DNA of 64,000 bases from an uncultured Acidobacteriaceae bacterium (GTDB lineage Bacteria > Acidobacteriota > Terriglobia > Terriglobales > Acidobacteriaceae): positions 222,826 through 286,825 of the forward strand of contig CAVUHV010000001.1 in NCBI GenBank assembly GCA_963741395.1, in the 5' to 3' direction. The notes under the pieces were generated by a model. It searched no databases and was not told the DNA's origin. It was given only the letters and a program-made list of their open reading frames with translations. Below, piece after piece: positions 10,078-19,594 of this stretch. Position numbers and translations under genes: made by a program. Numbering within the stretch: position 1 is the stretch's first letter; each line of letters starts with the position of its first letter.

Positions 10078-12591
10078 ATGACGATGCAACGTTTTTCCTG
10101 GAACAGACTCGCAACGACCACTCAATCTCGCGCTGGACGTGTCATCACCTGGGCGGCTGCTGTAGCTGTCGCTAGCGCGTTTTTGCTTATGCCACAGGGT
10201 TGTCACAATACAATCGGCACACACGGCGTCTCCGGTCTCGTGTATGACGAGGCACATCTCGCGAACCGTCCCGCCAGCTCGTTTCCTGCTGCCGACGAGG
10301 ACTACTTCCATGATATGGATGGCGGCATTGCGTTGACCGCCGACGAGGTCAAGGGCCGCAATACGTGGATTGTGTGGACCGCTGGCAACGACCTTATGTG
10401 GGATTTTCTGACGAAGACCAGCGTTGGCAATCTCGACTTCCTCAAGACAATCTCGTCCTACCCAGGACTGAAGGCTAGCCGCGATAACCGCTGGGAGTAT
10501 CTTGGGCTGGTCAATGAGCCATGCTTTACCAAGCCGACAGGACCCGACCCGAAACGCTACGGACTCTGGCTGGATCAACGTGATCCGAAGTGCCCGTCCG
10601 ATCCCTTCGAAAATGCACAGAAATATCCTGGCGTGAAGATCGGTGCGCGTGGCAAGAATATCGACGCCGGTTCCTTCTATGGATATGCGACCGGAATCGT
10701 CGGCCTGCGGCTCTTCCCCAATCCCGACTTCGATCAGGAAGCGGCGAAGAAGTGGGATCCGGTGCGGTACTACACCGATCCGAAGTATTACCTCTCGAAG
10801 GATCTCGTCCGTCCCTACCGCGTGGGCATGTCGTGCGCTTTTTGCCACCTGGGTCCCAATCCCGTGAAGCCGCCGGATGATCCTAACAATCCTAAGTGGG
10901 AAAATCTCAGCTCCAACGTAGGCGCGCAGTACTTCTGGGTCGATCGCATCCTCGATTGGAATCCTGAGAGCACCAGCTTCGTCTTCCAACTCTTTCACAC
11001 CTCGCGGCCGGGTACGCTCGATACTTCGCTCATCTCGACCGATAACATCAACAATCCGCGGGCTATGAACGCTGTCTACAATCTCGGACCTCGCCTCGAT
11101 CAGGCGTTGCGCTGGGGCAGGGAACACCTCGCTGACGGGCAGGAAGATAACAAGCAGTTCAACGACTACGTATCCTCCGGTCCGCTCACCCGTTTCTACA
11201 TCGCGCCCGATATCGTCCAAACTCCGCGCGTTCTTAAGGACGGCTCGGATTCGGTTGGCGCGCTGGCGGCGCTCAACCGCGTGTACATAAACATTGGCAC
11301 GTTTAGTGAAGAGTGGCTGCTGCATTTCAACGCTCTCATCGGCGGCAAAGAGGTCACCCCCATCGCAGTCAAAGTTGCAAGATCGAATTCCAGTTATTAC
11401 GCAGCAACTGAAAACCAGACAGTAGATATGGCGCTCTTCTTCCTCAAGAGCACATCTCCGCACCTGCTGAAGGACGCGCCTGGAGGCGCCGCGCACCTGA
11501 TTCACGACGAAGCTGTGCTGAAGCGCGGCAAGATTGCCTTCGCCGAGCGTTGCGCGCGTTGCCACTCCAGCAAAGGACCCACTCCGCCTGCCAGCGCTGA
11601 TCCAGCCAACTGTGCCGGCTCAGGATATATGGACTGCTGGCATCGGTACTGGGAGTGGACCAAGACCGAAGACTTCAAGAGCAAGATGCGGCAAATTGTT
11701 CTGGCGCCAGACTTCACCGATGGCAACTTCCTATCGACGGAGCTGAGAGTGCCGGTCACGCTGCTCCAAACCAATGCCTGCAGTCCGCTTGCGACCAACG
11801 CTCTAGGGGGCAACATTTGGGATAACTTCTCATCACAGTCCTATAAGGAACTGCCATCGGCAGGGACGATTACCATTTACGACCCATTCACCGGCGAGCC
11901 GAAGGACTACACGCTTCCCGCTGGAGGACGCGGCTATACGCGTCCACCCTCCCTCATCAGCATCTGGTCTACCGCTCCCTTCCTTCTCAACAACAGCCTG
12001 GGTAAATTCAATTCGAGCCCGTCGGTGGAGGCTCGGCTCGATTCATTCCAGGATTCCATTGAGCAGCTTCTATGGCCTGAAAAACGCCAGCAGGATTCCG
12101 TTCTCGGGAACAAAGTGCCCGGCACCATCGATCGCACGACAGATCGCAGTTACATTCGTGTTGCTGACGGCTACTTGCCAGATTTTCTGCAGGCACTTCA
12201 CGGCCCGCTAGCCCGTTTCTTTCCCTGGCTCTTCGGTGAAGACGAGATTCAGATCGGCCCTATACCGAAGGGCACACCAGTAGGGCTGCTGGCTAACCTT
12301 AATGTTGTTCCCGAGACACGCGACCCAGTTCAGCGCGCCGCATATCAGAACCGAGTTCTGGATGTTCTTGTCAAAGCGAAGCATGACCTGGAGAGCCTAC
12401 CGTCCGGAGCGTCCGATGAAGAGGTTAACAAGGCCTTCTCTAATCTTACGGGGCCGCTGATGGAGCTAAATAAATGCCCCGATCTGGTCGTGAACCGAGG
12501 CCACTACTTCGGCACGAGCTACTTTGCTGAGGAGCCTCCCCTCAGTGACGAAGATAAGCGTGCGCTGATTGAATTTCTCAAGACTTTCTAA
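10078..12591 (+). CDS. Large exported di-heme cytochrome c (RoxA/bCcP-MauG-like architecture)
   Basis: CAFCH (10834) and CARCH (11551), 239 aa apart; PSLISIWSTAPFLLNNS; N-terminal hydrophobic segment. Start moved from 9970 to ATG 10078, after the DyP stop. Confidence 0.75.
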   Translation: MTMQRFSWNRLATTTQSRAGRVITWAAAVAVASAFLLMPQGCHNTIGTHGVSGLVYDEAHLANRPASSFPAADEDYFHDMDGGIALTADEVKGRNTWIVWTAGNDLMWDFLTKTSVGNLDFLKTISSYPGLKASRDNRWEYLGLVNEPCFTKPTGPDPKRYGLWLDQRDPKCPSDPFENAQKYPGVKIGARGKNIDAGSFYGYATGIVGLRLFPNPDFDQEAAKKWDPVRYYTDPKYYLSKDLVRPYRVGMSCAFCHLGPNPVKPPDDPNNPKWENLSSNVGAQYFWVDRILDWNPESTSFVFQLFHTSRPGTLDTSLISTDNINNPRAMNAVYNLGPRLDQALRWGREHLADGQEDNKQFNDYVSSGPLTRFYIAPDIVQTPRVLKDGSDSVGALAALNRVYINIGTFSEEWLLHFNALIGGKEVTPIAVKVARSNSSYYAATENQTVDMALFFLKSTSPHLLKDAPGGAAHLIHDEAVLKRGKIAFAERCARCHSSKGPTPPASADPANCAGSGYMDCWHRYWEWTKTEDFKSKMRQIVLAPDFTDGNFLSTELRVPVTLLQTNACSPLATNALGGNIWDNFSSQSYKELPSAGTITIYDPFTGEPKDYTLPAGGRGYTRPPSLISIWSTAPFLLNNSLGKFNSSPSVEARLDSFQDSIEQLLWPEKRQQDSVLGNKVPGTIDRTTDRSYIRVADGYLPDFLQALHGPLARFFPWLFGEDEIQIGPIPKGTPVGLLANLNVVPETRDPVQRAAYQNRVLDVLVKAKHDLESLPSGASDEEVNKAFSNLTGPLMELNKCPDLVVNRGHYFGTSYFAEEPPLSDEDKRALIEFLKTF

Positions 12592-12731
12592 GCGTATGGA
12601 CGCATGAGCGCTTTATTAGCACGTTGGACCAACCGGATGAGCAGAAAACTCGACCGGGGCGCGAAGAAAATTTGCAGGACCGTAGCGCGGTACGGATCGA
12701 TTACCATGTTGAAACTTGGACGGGTATTTCG

Positions 12732-14498
12732 ATGCATATCGTCAACGTGCGGTTATTTGCGGGCGTCATGATCGTAGCCTTCGTGACGTTTGATTATGTC
12801 GCATATGCGCAAGACCCATCGCAGAGCTTAAAACAGGCCGACATCGACTATCGCTCCGGGGTTGCGGCTCTCTCGCGCAACGATTTGAACACGGCGCTTC
12901 AAGATTTCGAAAAGGTGGTTCGTCTTGCGCCATCGGCCGAGCAGGGACACAGCGCATTGGGCGCGGTTTTGGTGAGGATGGGGCGAACGAGTGAAGGCAT
13001 TCGAGAACTAGAGAAGGCGTTGACGATCAGGCCAAGCGACGGCAGCGCGCAGCTAAACCTGGCGGTCGCCTACGAACAGAGCGGACAGCCTGCCAAGGCA
13101 CTCCCGTGGTTCGCGAAACTAGAGGCCGCGTCTCGCGCCGAAAAACATCCGCTGCCTGCGTATGCCATTGCGGCCTATGCTCGAGCGCTAACCGCAACGC
13201 AGCAGTTTCCTGCAGCGGTGACAAGAATGAAGGAAGCGGTCGCGGAGGATTCGCACAATGCAGAATGGCACGATGAATTAGGGTCCATCTACGCGTTGCA
13301 GAAAGATTGGCCTAACGCGAAGAAGGCATTCATGGCTGCGGTTGAGGCGAATCCGAACCTCGCCTCGGCTCATTTCCACCTTGGAGTAACACTCCAGGCA
13401 CAGAATAGTCCGGGCGCTCTGGAGGAGCTGTCGAAGGCTTATCAACTTGCTCCACAGAGCTCAATGATCGCTTTAGAACTTGGTCAATCTTTGGCGGCGG
13501 CCGGAAACGACGAGCAGGCGATTCCAGTGCTGCGGCACGCGGTGGAGCTTGACGAGGCTTCGACGGCGGCAGCTTATCAGCTGGGCCTGGCATTGCAGCG
13601 CGCCAACCAGGTGGACGATGCGATTCCATTTTTTCAAAAGGCCGCAGCGGCAGAGTCTGGAGATGCAGAGGTTCTCATAAATCTAGGGTTAGCTCTTTGC
13701 CAGGCGCAGCGGGCCAAGGAGGCCGTTCCCGTTCTACAACATGCAGTAGCTTTAGCTCCTCAAAACATAACGGCCCACCAGAATCTTGCTGCTGCTTACG
13801 TGCAATTAAATCAGTTTGACGATGCCGTGAACCAATTGCGTGCGGCATTGAAACTATCGCCAGATGCTGCGCAATTGCATTACAACTTAGGGGTTGCCTT
13901 CAAAATGAAAGATGATGCGGTGGATGCGATCCCGGAGTTGGAGTCGGCGGAGAAGCTCGATCCGTCCTTGCCTGAGCCGCCCTATGTCCTCGGTGTTTTG
14001 TATATGCAGGCTGGACGCTATGCCGATGCGGCGCGAGAATTGAACACCTCGCTTAAGCTACAGCCAGAAAATGGCGACGGATGGGCGACATTGGGTAGTG
14101 TTTACAACAAGCTGGACAAGTTACCGGAGGCTGTATCGGCTTTGCAGGAGGCCATCCGGCGGCTTCCGAAACAGCCTGATCCTCATCTGACTCTCGCTGC
14201 AGTACTAGTGAAGCAGAATCAGGTTTCGGAGGCCACTGCAGAGAGGAAAATAGCCGCAGGTCTTATGCATGCGCACATGAATCGCCAGCAGGCAGAGGTT
14301 GCCACCAACTCTGCGAACTCACTGCTGAAGAGCGGCAAAGTAGAAGATTCGGTCATAGAGTTTCGCAATGCGTTGAGCTACGACCCGGATTACGCAGAAG
14401 CGCATGTGGGATTGGCAAACGCACTGCAACAACAGGGGAAGATAACCGAAGCGGCAGAGGAGCGGCAGAAAGCAGATGCGCTGAAGAAAAGGCCTTAG
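12732..14498 (+). CDS. Secreted tetratricopeptide-repeat protein
   Basis: Many TPR consensus repeats (e.g. AHFHLGVTL, LHYNLGVAF, AHVGLANAL); signal peptide after MHIVNVR. Confidence 0.88.
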   Translation: MHIVNVRLFAGVMIVAFVTFDYVAYAQDPSQSLKQADIDYRSGVAALSRNDLNTALQDFEKVVRLAPSAEQGHSALGAVLVRMGRTSEGIRELEKALTIRPSDGSAQLNLAVAYEQSGQPAKALPWFAKLEAASRAEKHPLPAYAIAAYARALTATQQFPAAVTRMKEAVAEDSHNAEWHDELGSIYALQKDWPNAKKAFMAAVEANPNLASAHFHLGVTLQAQNSPGALEELSKAYQLAPQSSMIALELGQSLAAAGNDEQAIPVLRHAVELDEASTAAAYQLGLALQRANQVDDAIPFFQKAAAAESGDAEVLINLGLALCQAQRAKEAVPVLQHAVALAPQNITAHQNLAAAYVQLNQFDDAVNQLRAALKLSPDAAQLHYNLGVAFKMKDDAVDAIPELESAEKLDPSLPEPPYVLGVLYMQAGRYADAARELNTSLKLQPENGDGWATLGSVYNKLDKLPEAVSALQEAIRRLPKQPDPHLTLAAVLVKQNQVSEATAERKIAAGLMHAHMNRQQAEVATNSANSLLKSGKVEDSVIEFRNALSYDPDYAEAHVGLANALQQQGKITEAAEERQKADALKKRP

Positions 14499-14680
14499 CC
14501 TTAAGTTGGCGCTAAAGCGAACAGCGTCAGGTCGAATCTAGCTAGCTGAACTCCATTCTGAATGTACAGTCATTGAGTCATTGCGCTATAGTTTCTTGCG
14601 ATTCGATCCTGCGGCTTCGCGGTTTCTTTGGCAGAGGAAGCCACAGAGAAATGGACGGTTTTGTATAAAACCGGACACCT

Positions 14681-16894
14681 ATGAGTCTCTTCGGCCCACG
14701 CACACTCATATTGACTCTGATTGTGTCTGGAGCCTCCGTGTTTTTGCTAAGGACGATGCATGGCGCAGAAGATCAGCGCGCGGAAGAAGCGTGTGTTCGT
14801 AAAGCCTACATCGATAAGATTCGTGAAACCTATAGCTTTCCGTTCGGAAAAGACAAGATCTCATTGCCCGGGAATGCTGCGGCTGAGGGCGGGGATTTTA
14901 TTGAGCCGACTGCTTTTCCTGACGCTGCCTACTGCGGCCGTTGTCATCAGGAGGCGTATCACGAGTGGCGCCAGGCGCTGCATTCCAATGCCTTTCGCAC
15001 GCCGTTCTATCGCGCCAGCGTCAATATTCTGATACGGACGAAGGGCATCGAGTTTGCCCGTCATTGCGACAGCTGTCACAACCCTGTTGGTGTTTTGGCG
15101 GGTGCTCTGACGAGAGGTGCGACCATGGACCGCATCTCCTTCGACCGCGATGGTCTGACCTGTACGACCTGTCATTCGATCCAGAGCGTAGACACGAAGT
15201 TGGGAAATGGAAGCTTTGTGATGGGTGTGCCGGCGGTGATAGTCGATGAGCAAGGGAAGCGCATACCGGGCATCGTCCCTGACGGAGAAATTCTTGCCCA
15301 TCTGGATCGGCATTCGAAGGCGGTGATGCAGGATATCTACCATACGCCGGAATTCTGCTCCGCATGCCATAAGGCGAATTTTCCACCTCCACTGAACGAC
15401 TACAAGTGGATTCGTGCATTTACAGCGTATGACGAGTGGCAGAATTCCAAGTTTTCCCAACGCAATCCCCTTACTTTTTATACGGCTGACTTCACGACCT
15501 GTCAGGGCTGCCATATGCAGCGTGAACCGAACGGTCTGCCGGAGCCTGGAGCCAAGCATGGGACATTCGCTTCGCATCGATGGCTGGCAGGAAATACCGC
15601 GGTGCCGTTCTACTATGGCTTCGACGAACAGCTCAGCAAGACGATTGAATTCCTGAAGAGCGGCAACTACCTGAACGTTGACCTGTTCGCGCTGAAACTA
15701 GGACGCGGAGCCACGGTTGCTCCACTGGGCTCTGCGCCATTCACAATCAAGCCGAACCAGACGATTGAAGCCGACGTTGTGGTTCAAAACAAGAACATCG
15801 GCCACTCGCTCATTCCAGAGGTTCGCGATCTTTACGAGGCGTGGGTGCAGTTCACCGTGACGGATGCGTCCGGGGCGAAGATTTACGAGAGCGGCTTCTT
15901 GAAGCCAGATGGCATGCTGGATGAACGCGCCCACAGTTTCACCAATCGTCCCGTAGATGTGACGGGAAACTTTGTGGACGACCACAAAGTTTGGACGATT
16001 CATTCCGTGGCATATGACAACACGATCCAGGCCGGACGATCAGCGCTGATCCGATACCAGTTTCAGGTTCCAGCAGACGCTAAGAGTCCGCTGACGCTAA
16101 CGTCGCGCGTCAATTACCGCCACCTGCGACAGAGCTATCTGAACAATGTATTCGGCAAGGATCATCCCTCGTATCCGGTGGTAGAGATCGCCTCGCGAAG
16201 CCGCGTGGTGAATATCGGCGATAACCAGATCTCAGCGCCGCTTCCGACGGACAATCCAGACTGGATGCGCTGGAATAATGTCGGCATAGGATACCTCGAT
16301 CAGTTGCAATACGACGAGGCGATGGATGCGTTTGAGCACGTCGTTCGGTTGCGGCCGGATTACAAGGACGGTTATATCAACGTTGGAATCACCTTCATTG
16401 AATGGGAGAAGTATGCCGAGGCGCGCGCTCCACTCGAGAAGGCGCTCACGCTCCACCCCGATGACGCGCGCGCTCTCTACTATCTGGCGCTGGTCGAACG
16501 CCGACAGAGGCATTCCGAGGCTGAGATCGCTGATCTTCAAAAGGTGATTGCGCAATATCCCTACTCGCGTGACGCTCGCCGGGAGCTTGGCATCTCCTAC
16601 TATCAGCAGCACCGCAGCGAAGAAGCCATGCAGCAGTTCAAGGCTCTTCAAGCCATCGATCCGGACGATCTCGCAGCTCACTACAACCTTGCGATCCTGT
16701 ATCGAAGAATGGGTATGAAGCAATTGGCAGCACAGGAAGCCGCTCTCTACACGATAAAGAGAGTTGATCCCTCAGCACCCACTTATTCCCTTGACTACCT
16801 GCGTAAGCATCCTGAGATTTCGATCGAAAGTGTACCGTGGCACATGCACACCGACTTGACGCATGTTACAAGTAACGGCGCAGGGCAACCTTAA
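14681..16894 (+). CDS. Penta-heme cytochrome c with C-terminal TPR domain
   Basis: CGRCH, CDSCH, CTTCH, CSACH, CQGCH; TPRs in the last ~200 aa; signal peptide. Confidence 0.88.
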   Translation: MSLFGPRTLILTLIVSGASVFLLRTMHGAEDQRAEEACVRKAYIDKIRETYSFPFGKDKISLPGNAAAEGGDFIEPTAFPDAAYCGRCHQEAYHEWRQALHSNAFRTPFYRASVNILIRTKGIEFARHCDSCHNPVGVLAGALTRGATMDRISFDRDGLTCTTCHSIQSVDTKLGNGSFVMGVPAVIVDEQGKRIPGIVPDGEILAHLDRHSKAVMQDIYHTPEFCSACHKANFPPPLNDYKWIRAFTAYDEWQNSKFSQRNPLTFYTADFTTCQGCHMQREPNGLPEPGAKHGTFASHRWLAGNTAVPFYYGFDEQLSKTIEFLKSGNYLNVDLFALKLGRGATVAPLGSAPFTIKPNQTIEADVVVQNKNIGHSLIPEVRDLYEAWVQFTVTDASGAKIYESGFLKPDGMLDERAHSFTNRPVDVTGNFVDDHKVWTIHSVAYDNTIQAGRSALIRYQFQVPADAKSPLTLTSRVNYRHLRQSYLNNVFGKDHPSYPVVEIASRSRVVNIGDNQISAPLPTDNPDWMRWNNVGIGYLDQLQYDEAMDAFEHVVRLRPDYKDGYINVGITFIEWEKYAEARAPLEKALTLHPDDARALYYLALVERRQRHSEAEIADLQKVIAQYPYSRDARRELGISYYQQHRSEEAMQQFKALQAIDPDDLAAHYNLAILYRRMGMKQLAAQEAALYTIKRVDPSAPTYSLDYLRKHPEISIESVPWHMHTDLTHVTSNGAGQP

Positions 16895-16914
16895 AACTTG
16901 AGGATGGCAATTCA

Positions 16915-18792
16915 TTGAATCGTCGTAAGTTCATTCGTTCGCTTAGTCGCACGGCGCTTGTTCTGCCCTTTGCCGATGTTGTTGCACTGGCCTCACCCTG
17001 GCAACAGCAGAAGACAGCACAACCACAGAAGAGCATTGGGCCGCAGGAGCGCAGCTACGACGCGAAGCCCGCGCCCCCGCCTCCAGGTCCGAAGTCTCCG
17101 ATCGAGGGCACCCCCCTGGGAGTGAGCTTTGTCGATGTGGTGAAGGAGTCCGGGCTCAACGTCAAGACAATCTATGGCGGAGAAGGCAAGAATGAATATC
17201 TGCTGGAGACAACGGGCTGCGGCCTTGCCTTCTATGACTATGACGATGATGGCTGGTTAGATCTGTTCCTTGTAAACGGCTGGCGTCTGGAGGGATTCGC
17301 GCCGGGACAGGAACCGCATTGCCACTTGTTCAAGAACAATCGTGATGGAACGTTCACGGATGTAACGGCTGGCTCCGGGTTAGAGCACAAGGCGGGCTGG
17401 GGCCAGGCGTGCTGCGTGGGCGATTACAACAATGATGGACGCGACGACCTGTTCGTTACCTACTACGGCCAGAACGTCCTCTATCGCAACAATGGAAACG
17501 GGAAATTTACGGACGTGACAGAGCAGGCAGGGCTGATTCAGCCAGGACCTAAGACGCGTTGGAATACAGGATGCACCTTCGTCGATTACGATCGCGACGG
17601 TCACCTCGATCTATTTGTCGCAAACTACGTCGACTTCGATCTGAAGACAGCGCCTAAGCCTGAGGACGGGCCTTGTACCTACAAGGGCATTCTTGTCGCC
17701 TGCGGACCTCCCGGACTACCGGGCGGCAGAAACATTCTGTATCACAATAACGGCGATGGAACCTTTTCCGATGTCAGCGAAAAATCCGGCATGTGGACTG
17801 CGGTGGGCACGTACGGCCTGAGCGTGGCTGCATCGGACCTGGACAACGACGGCTGGCCCGATATCTACGTCGCGAATGACTCGGCCCCTGCGACACTGTA
17901 TTTAAATCAGAAAGACGGCACATTTCGCGACATCGCCATTGAAGGAGGAGCAGCGCTCTCCGCAGAAGCAAAACCCCAGGCTGGCATGGGGGTTTCGATT
18001 GGAGACTACAACCGCGACGGAAATCTCGATGTGGTGAAGACCAATTTTGCGGGCGACACGGACTCTCTCTACACCAATCTGGGGGACGCCTCTTTTGAGG
18101 ATCGGACCTATCCCAGTGGTCTGGGAGTGAATACGCGCTTGCTGGGCTGGGGTGTCGGCTTCTTCGATATGGATAACGATGGCTGGCTCGACATTCTGAT
18201 GTCGAACGGGCACGTCTATCCGGAGGTCGATAAGTCGAATGCTGATCTGAAATACGCTGAGCACAAGTATCTCTATCGCAACCTGCGTAACGGCCGGTTT
18301 GAGGAAGTAACGAATCAAGGTGGCCCGGGAATTCTGGAGAACACGCCTGCTCGAGGCTGCGCCTTCGGTGACTACGACAACGATGGAAACATGGATGTCG
18401 CCGTCAATTGCGTCAATGCTATGCCGCAACTCCTGCATTGCAAGTCGACGCTCAACCGCAATTGGATCAAGATCAAGCTTGTCGGCGTTAAGTCGAATCG
18501 TTCAGGCATCGGAAGCCGTGTGACTGTCACGGCAAAGACAGTGCCTGATGCGAGCAAACCGCTCGTGCAGATGGAGGAACTTCGCAGCGGTGGCAGCTAC
18601 TTCTCGCAAAATGATCTGCGCCTGCATTTCGGATTAGAGCAGGCCAAGAAAGTAGACACAGTGGAAATTCGCTGGTTGAGTGGCCAAGTGGATCAACTCA
18701 AGAACCTTGAGGCGAACCAACTCTACGTCATTCAGGAGGGCGGCAGGATCCTTAAATCCGGGCCGCTGACGCCAGCGAAGGTCAAAGGGTAA
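16915..18792 (+). CDS. CRTAC1-family (FG-GAP/VCBS repeats plus ASPIC/UnbV) protein with Tat signal
   Basis: NRRKFI twin-arginine motif; repeated DYxxDGxxD; C-terminal GGSYFSQNDLRLHFGL. Confidence 0.9.
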   Translation: MNRRKFIRSLSRTALVLPFADVVALASPWQQQKTAQPQKSIGPQERSYDAKPAPPPPGPKSPIEGTPLGVSFVDVVKESGLNVKTIYGGEGKNEYLLETTGCGLAFYDYDDDGWLDLFLVNGWRLEGFAPGQEPHCHLFKNNRDGTFTDVTAGSGLEHKAGWGQACCVGDYNNDGRDDLFVTYYGQNVLYRNNGNGKFTDVTEQAGLIQPGPKTRWNTGCTFVDYDRDGHLDLFVANYVDFDLKTAPKPEDGPCTYKGILVACGPPGLPGGRNILYHNNGDGTFSDVSEKSGMWTAVGTYGLSVAASDLDNDGWPDIYVANDSAPATLYLNQKDGTFRDIAIEGGAALSAEAKPQAGMGVSIGDYNRDGNLDVVKTNFAGDTDSLYTNLGDASFEDRTYPSGLGVNTRLLGWGVGFFDMDNDGWLDILMSNGHVYPEVDKSNADLKYAEHKYLYRNLRNGRFEEVTNQGGPGILENTPARGCAFGDYDNDGNMDVAVNCVNAMPQLLHCKSTLNRNWIKIKLVGVKSNRSGIGSRVTVTAKTVPDASKPLVQMEELRSGGSYFSQNDLRLHFGLEQAKKVDTVEIRWLSGQVDQLKNLEANQLYVIQEGGRILKSGPLTPAKVKG

Positions 18793-18800
18793 CTGTCATT

Positions 18801-19307
18801 ATGTGGACGCGAGTTTTGCTCCTGCTGTCACTCACTTCGTTAGCCGCTACGGTGTGCGCGCAAAACAGCGGCTCCGCATATCCACGAAATAGTCCCCGCC
18901 CGGAATCGCAGATCATCTGTCCGTGGCTGACCCAGGGGAGCGCAGCGAAGGCGCTCGGTGGAGATGTATATGTAACAGTGAGTATCACAAATGCAGAAGA
19001 AGGATCCTGCAAGTTTCAAATACAGCATGAGCCCCTGAATTCGTTGGAGATTCTTGTCAGCAAAGCCAGGCTCCCGACGTGCCCTGCGGAGAGCACCAAA
19101 CTGATAGGTATTGGCAACGAGGCGGTGAAGTGCAGGCTTCCTGGTTCAAACGGTGAGACTGCGGAAATGGTGAGCAGCCGAGTTCGCGACGTTCATATGA
19201 CCGTTACCCTCACCGCTCGCGGAGAGAAAGCACCTGCCAAATCTGCGGATAGGCAAGCCGATGTACTTGAGCAAGTAGCTGAACAAGTAGCCGGGAATCT
19301 GTATTAA
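18801..19307 (+). CDS. Secreted hypothetical protein
   Basis: Signal peptide, four Cys, starts 8 bp after the CRTAC1 gene. Confidence 0.7.
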   Translation: MWTRVLLLLSLTSLAATVCAQNSGSAYPRNSPRPESQIICPWLTQGSAAKALGGDVYVTVSITNAEEGSCKFQIQHEPLNSLEILVSKARLPTCPAESTKLIGIGNEAVKCRLPGSNGETAEMVSSRVRDVHMTVTLTARGEKAPAKSADRQADVLEQVAEQVAGNLY

Positions 19308-19358
19308 GCAGGCGTCAGTTCAAATTTTTAGACAAAGCCAAAGAGCATTGTTTATCGG

Positions 19359-19403
19359 TGGAGCACCGAGAGGGAATTGAACCCTCGAATACTGGTTTTG
19401 CAG
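19359..19403 (-). repeat. att site: displaced 3' fragment of tRNA-Cys (attR)
   Basis: tggagcaccgagagggaattgaaccctcgaatactggttttgcag is identical to 40122-40166; identity ends at the anticodon loop. Confidence 0.95.
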
Positions 19404-19488
19404 GTGAGAAAAGTGGCTTATTTTCAGTAATTTATGGAAAATAACGGTCACTCTAAGTCCTTGAAAGGAATAGACGGGAGTCTTCTCG

Positions 19489-19507
19489 ATGGGTTGAAAA
19501 TGGGTTG
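19489..19507. repeat. Putative integrase arm-type sites, ATGGGTTG x2
   Basis: Copies at 19489 and 19500; a matching pair lies inside the other end of the island. Confidence 0.55.
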
Positions 19508-19594
19508 GAGTTAATGTGCTCTGGGCTGGTCAACTCTCAACATAACCATCTCTTTCAGTGTTGAGTAATCTAAGGTTTCATCTAAGATAACTCA

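Noticed and set aside
9982-11565. 527-aa minus-strand ORF
   Set aside because: Antisense shadow of the di-heme cytochrome; the same applies to long ORFs opposite GMC, the ABC genes, polA and xseA
19359-19403. Second tRNA-Cys gene
   Set aside because: Only the 3' 45 nt are present; the D-arm and 5' acceptor strand are missing, so it is an att site
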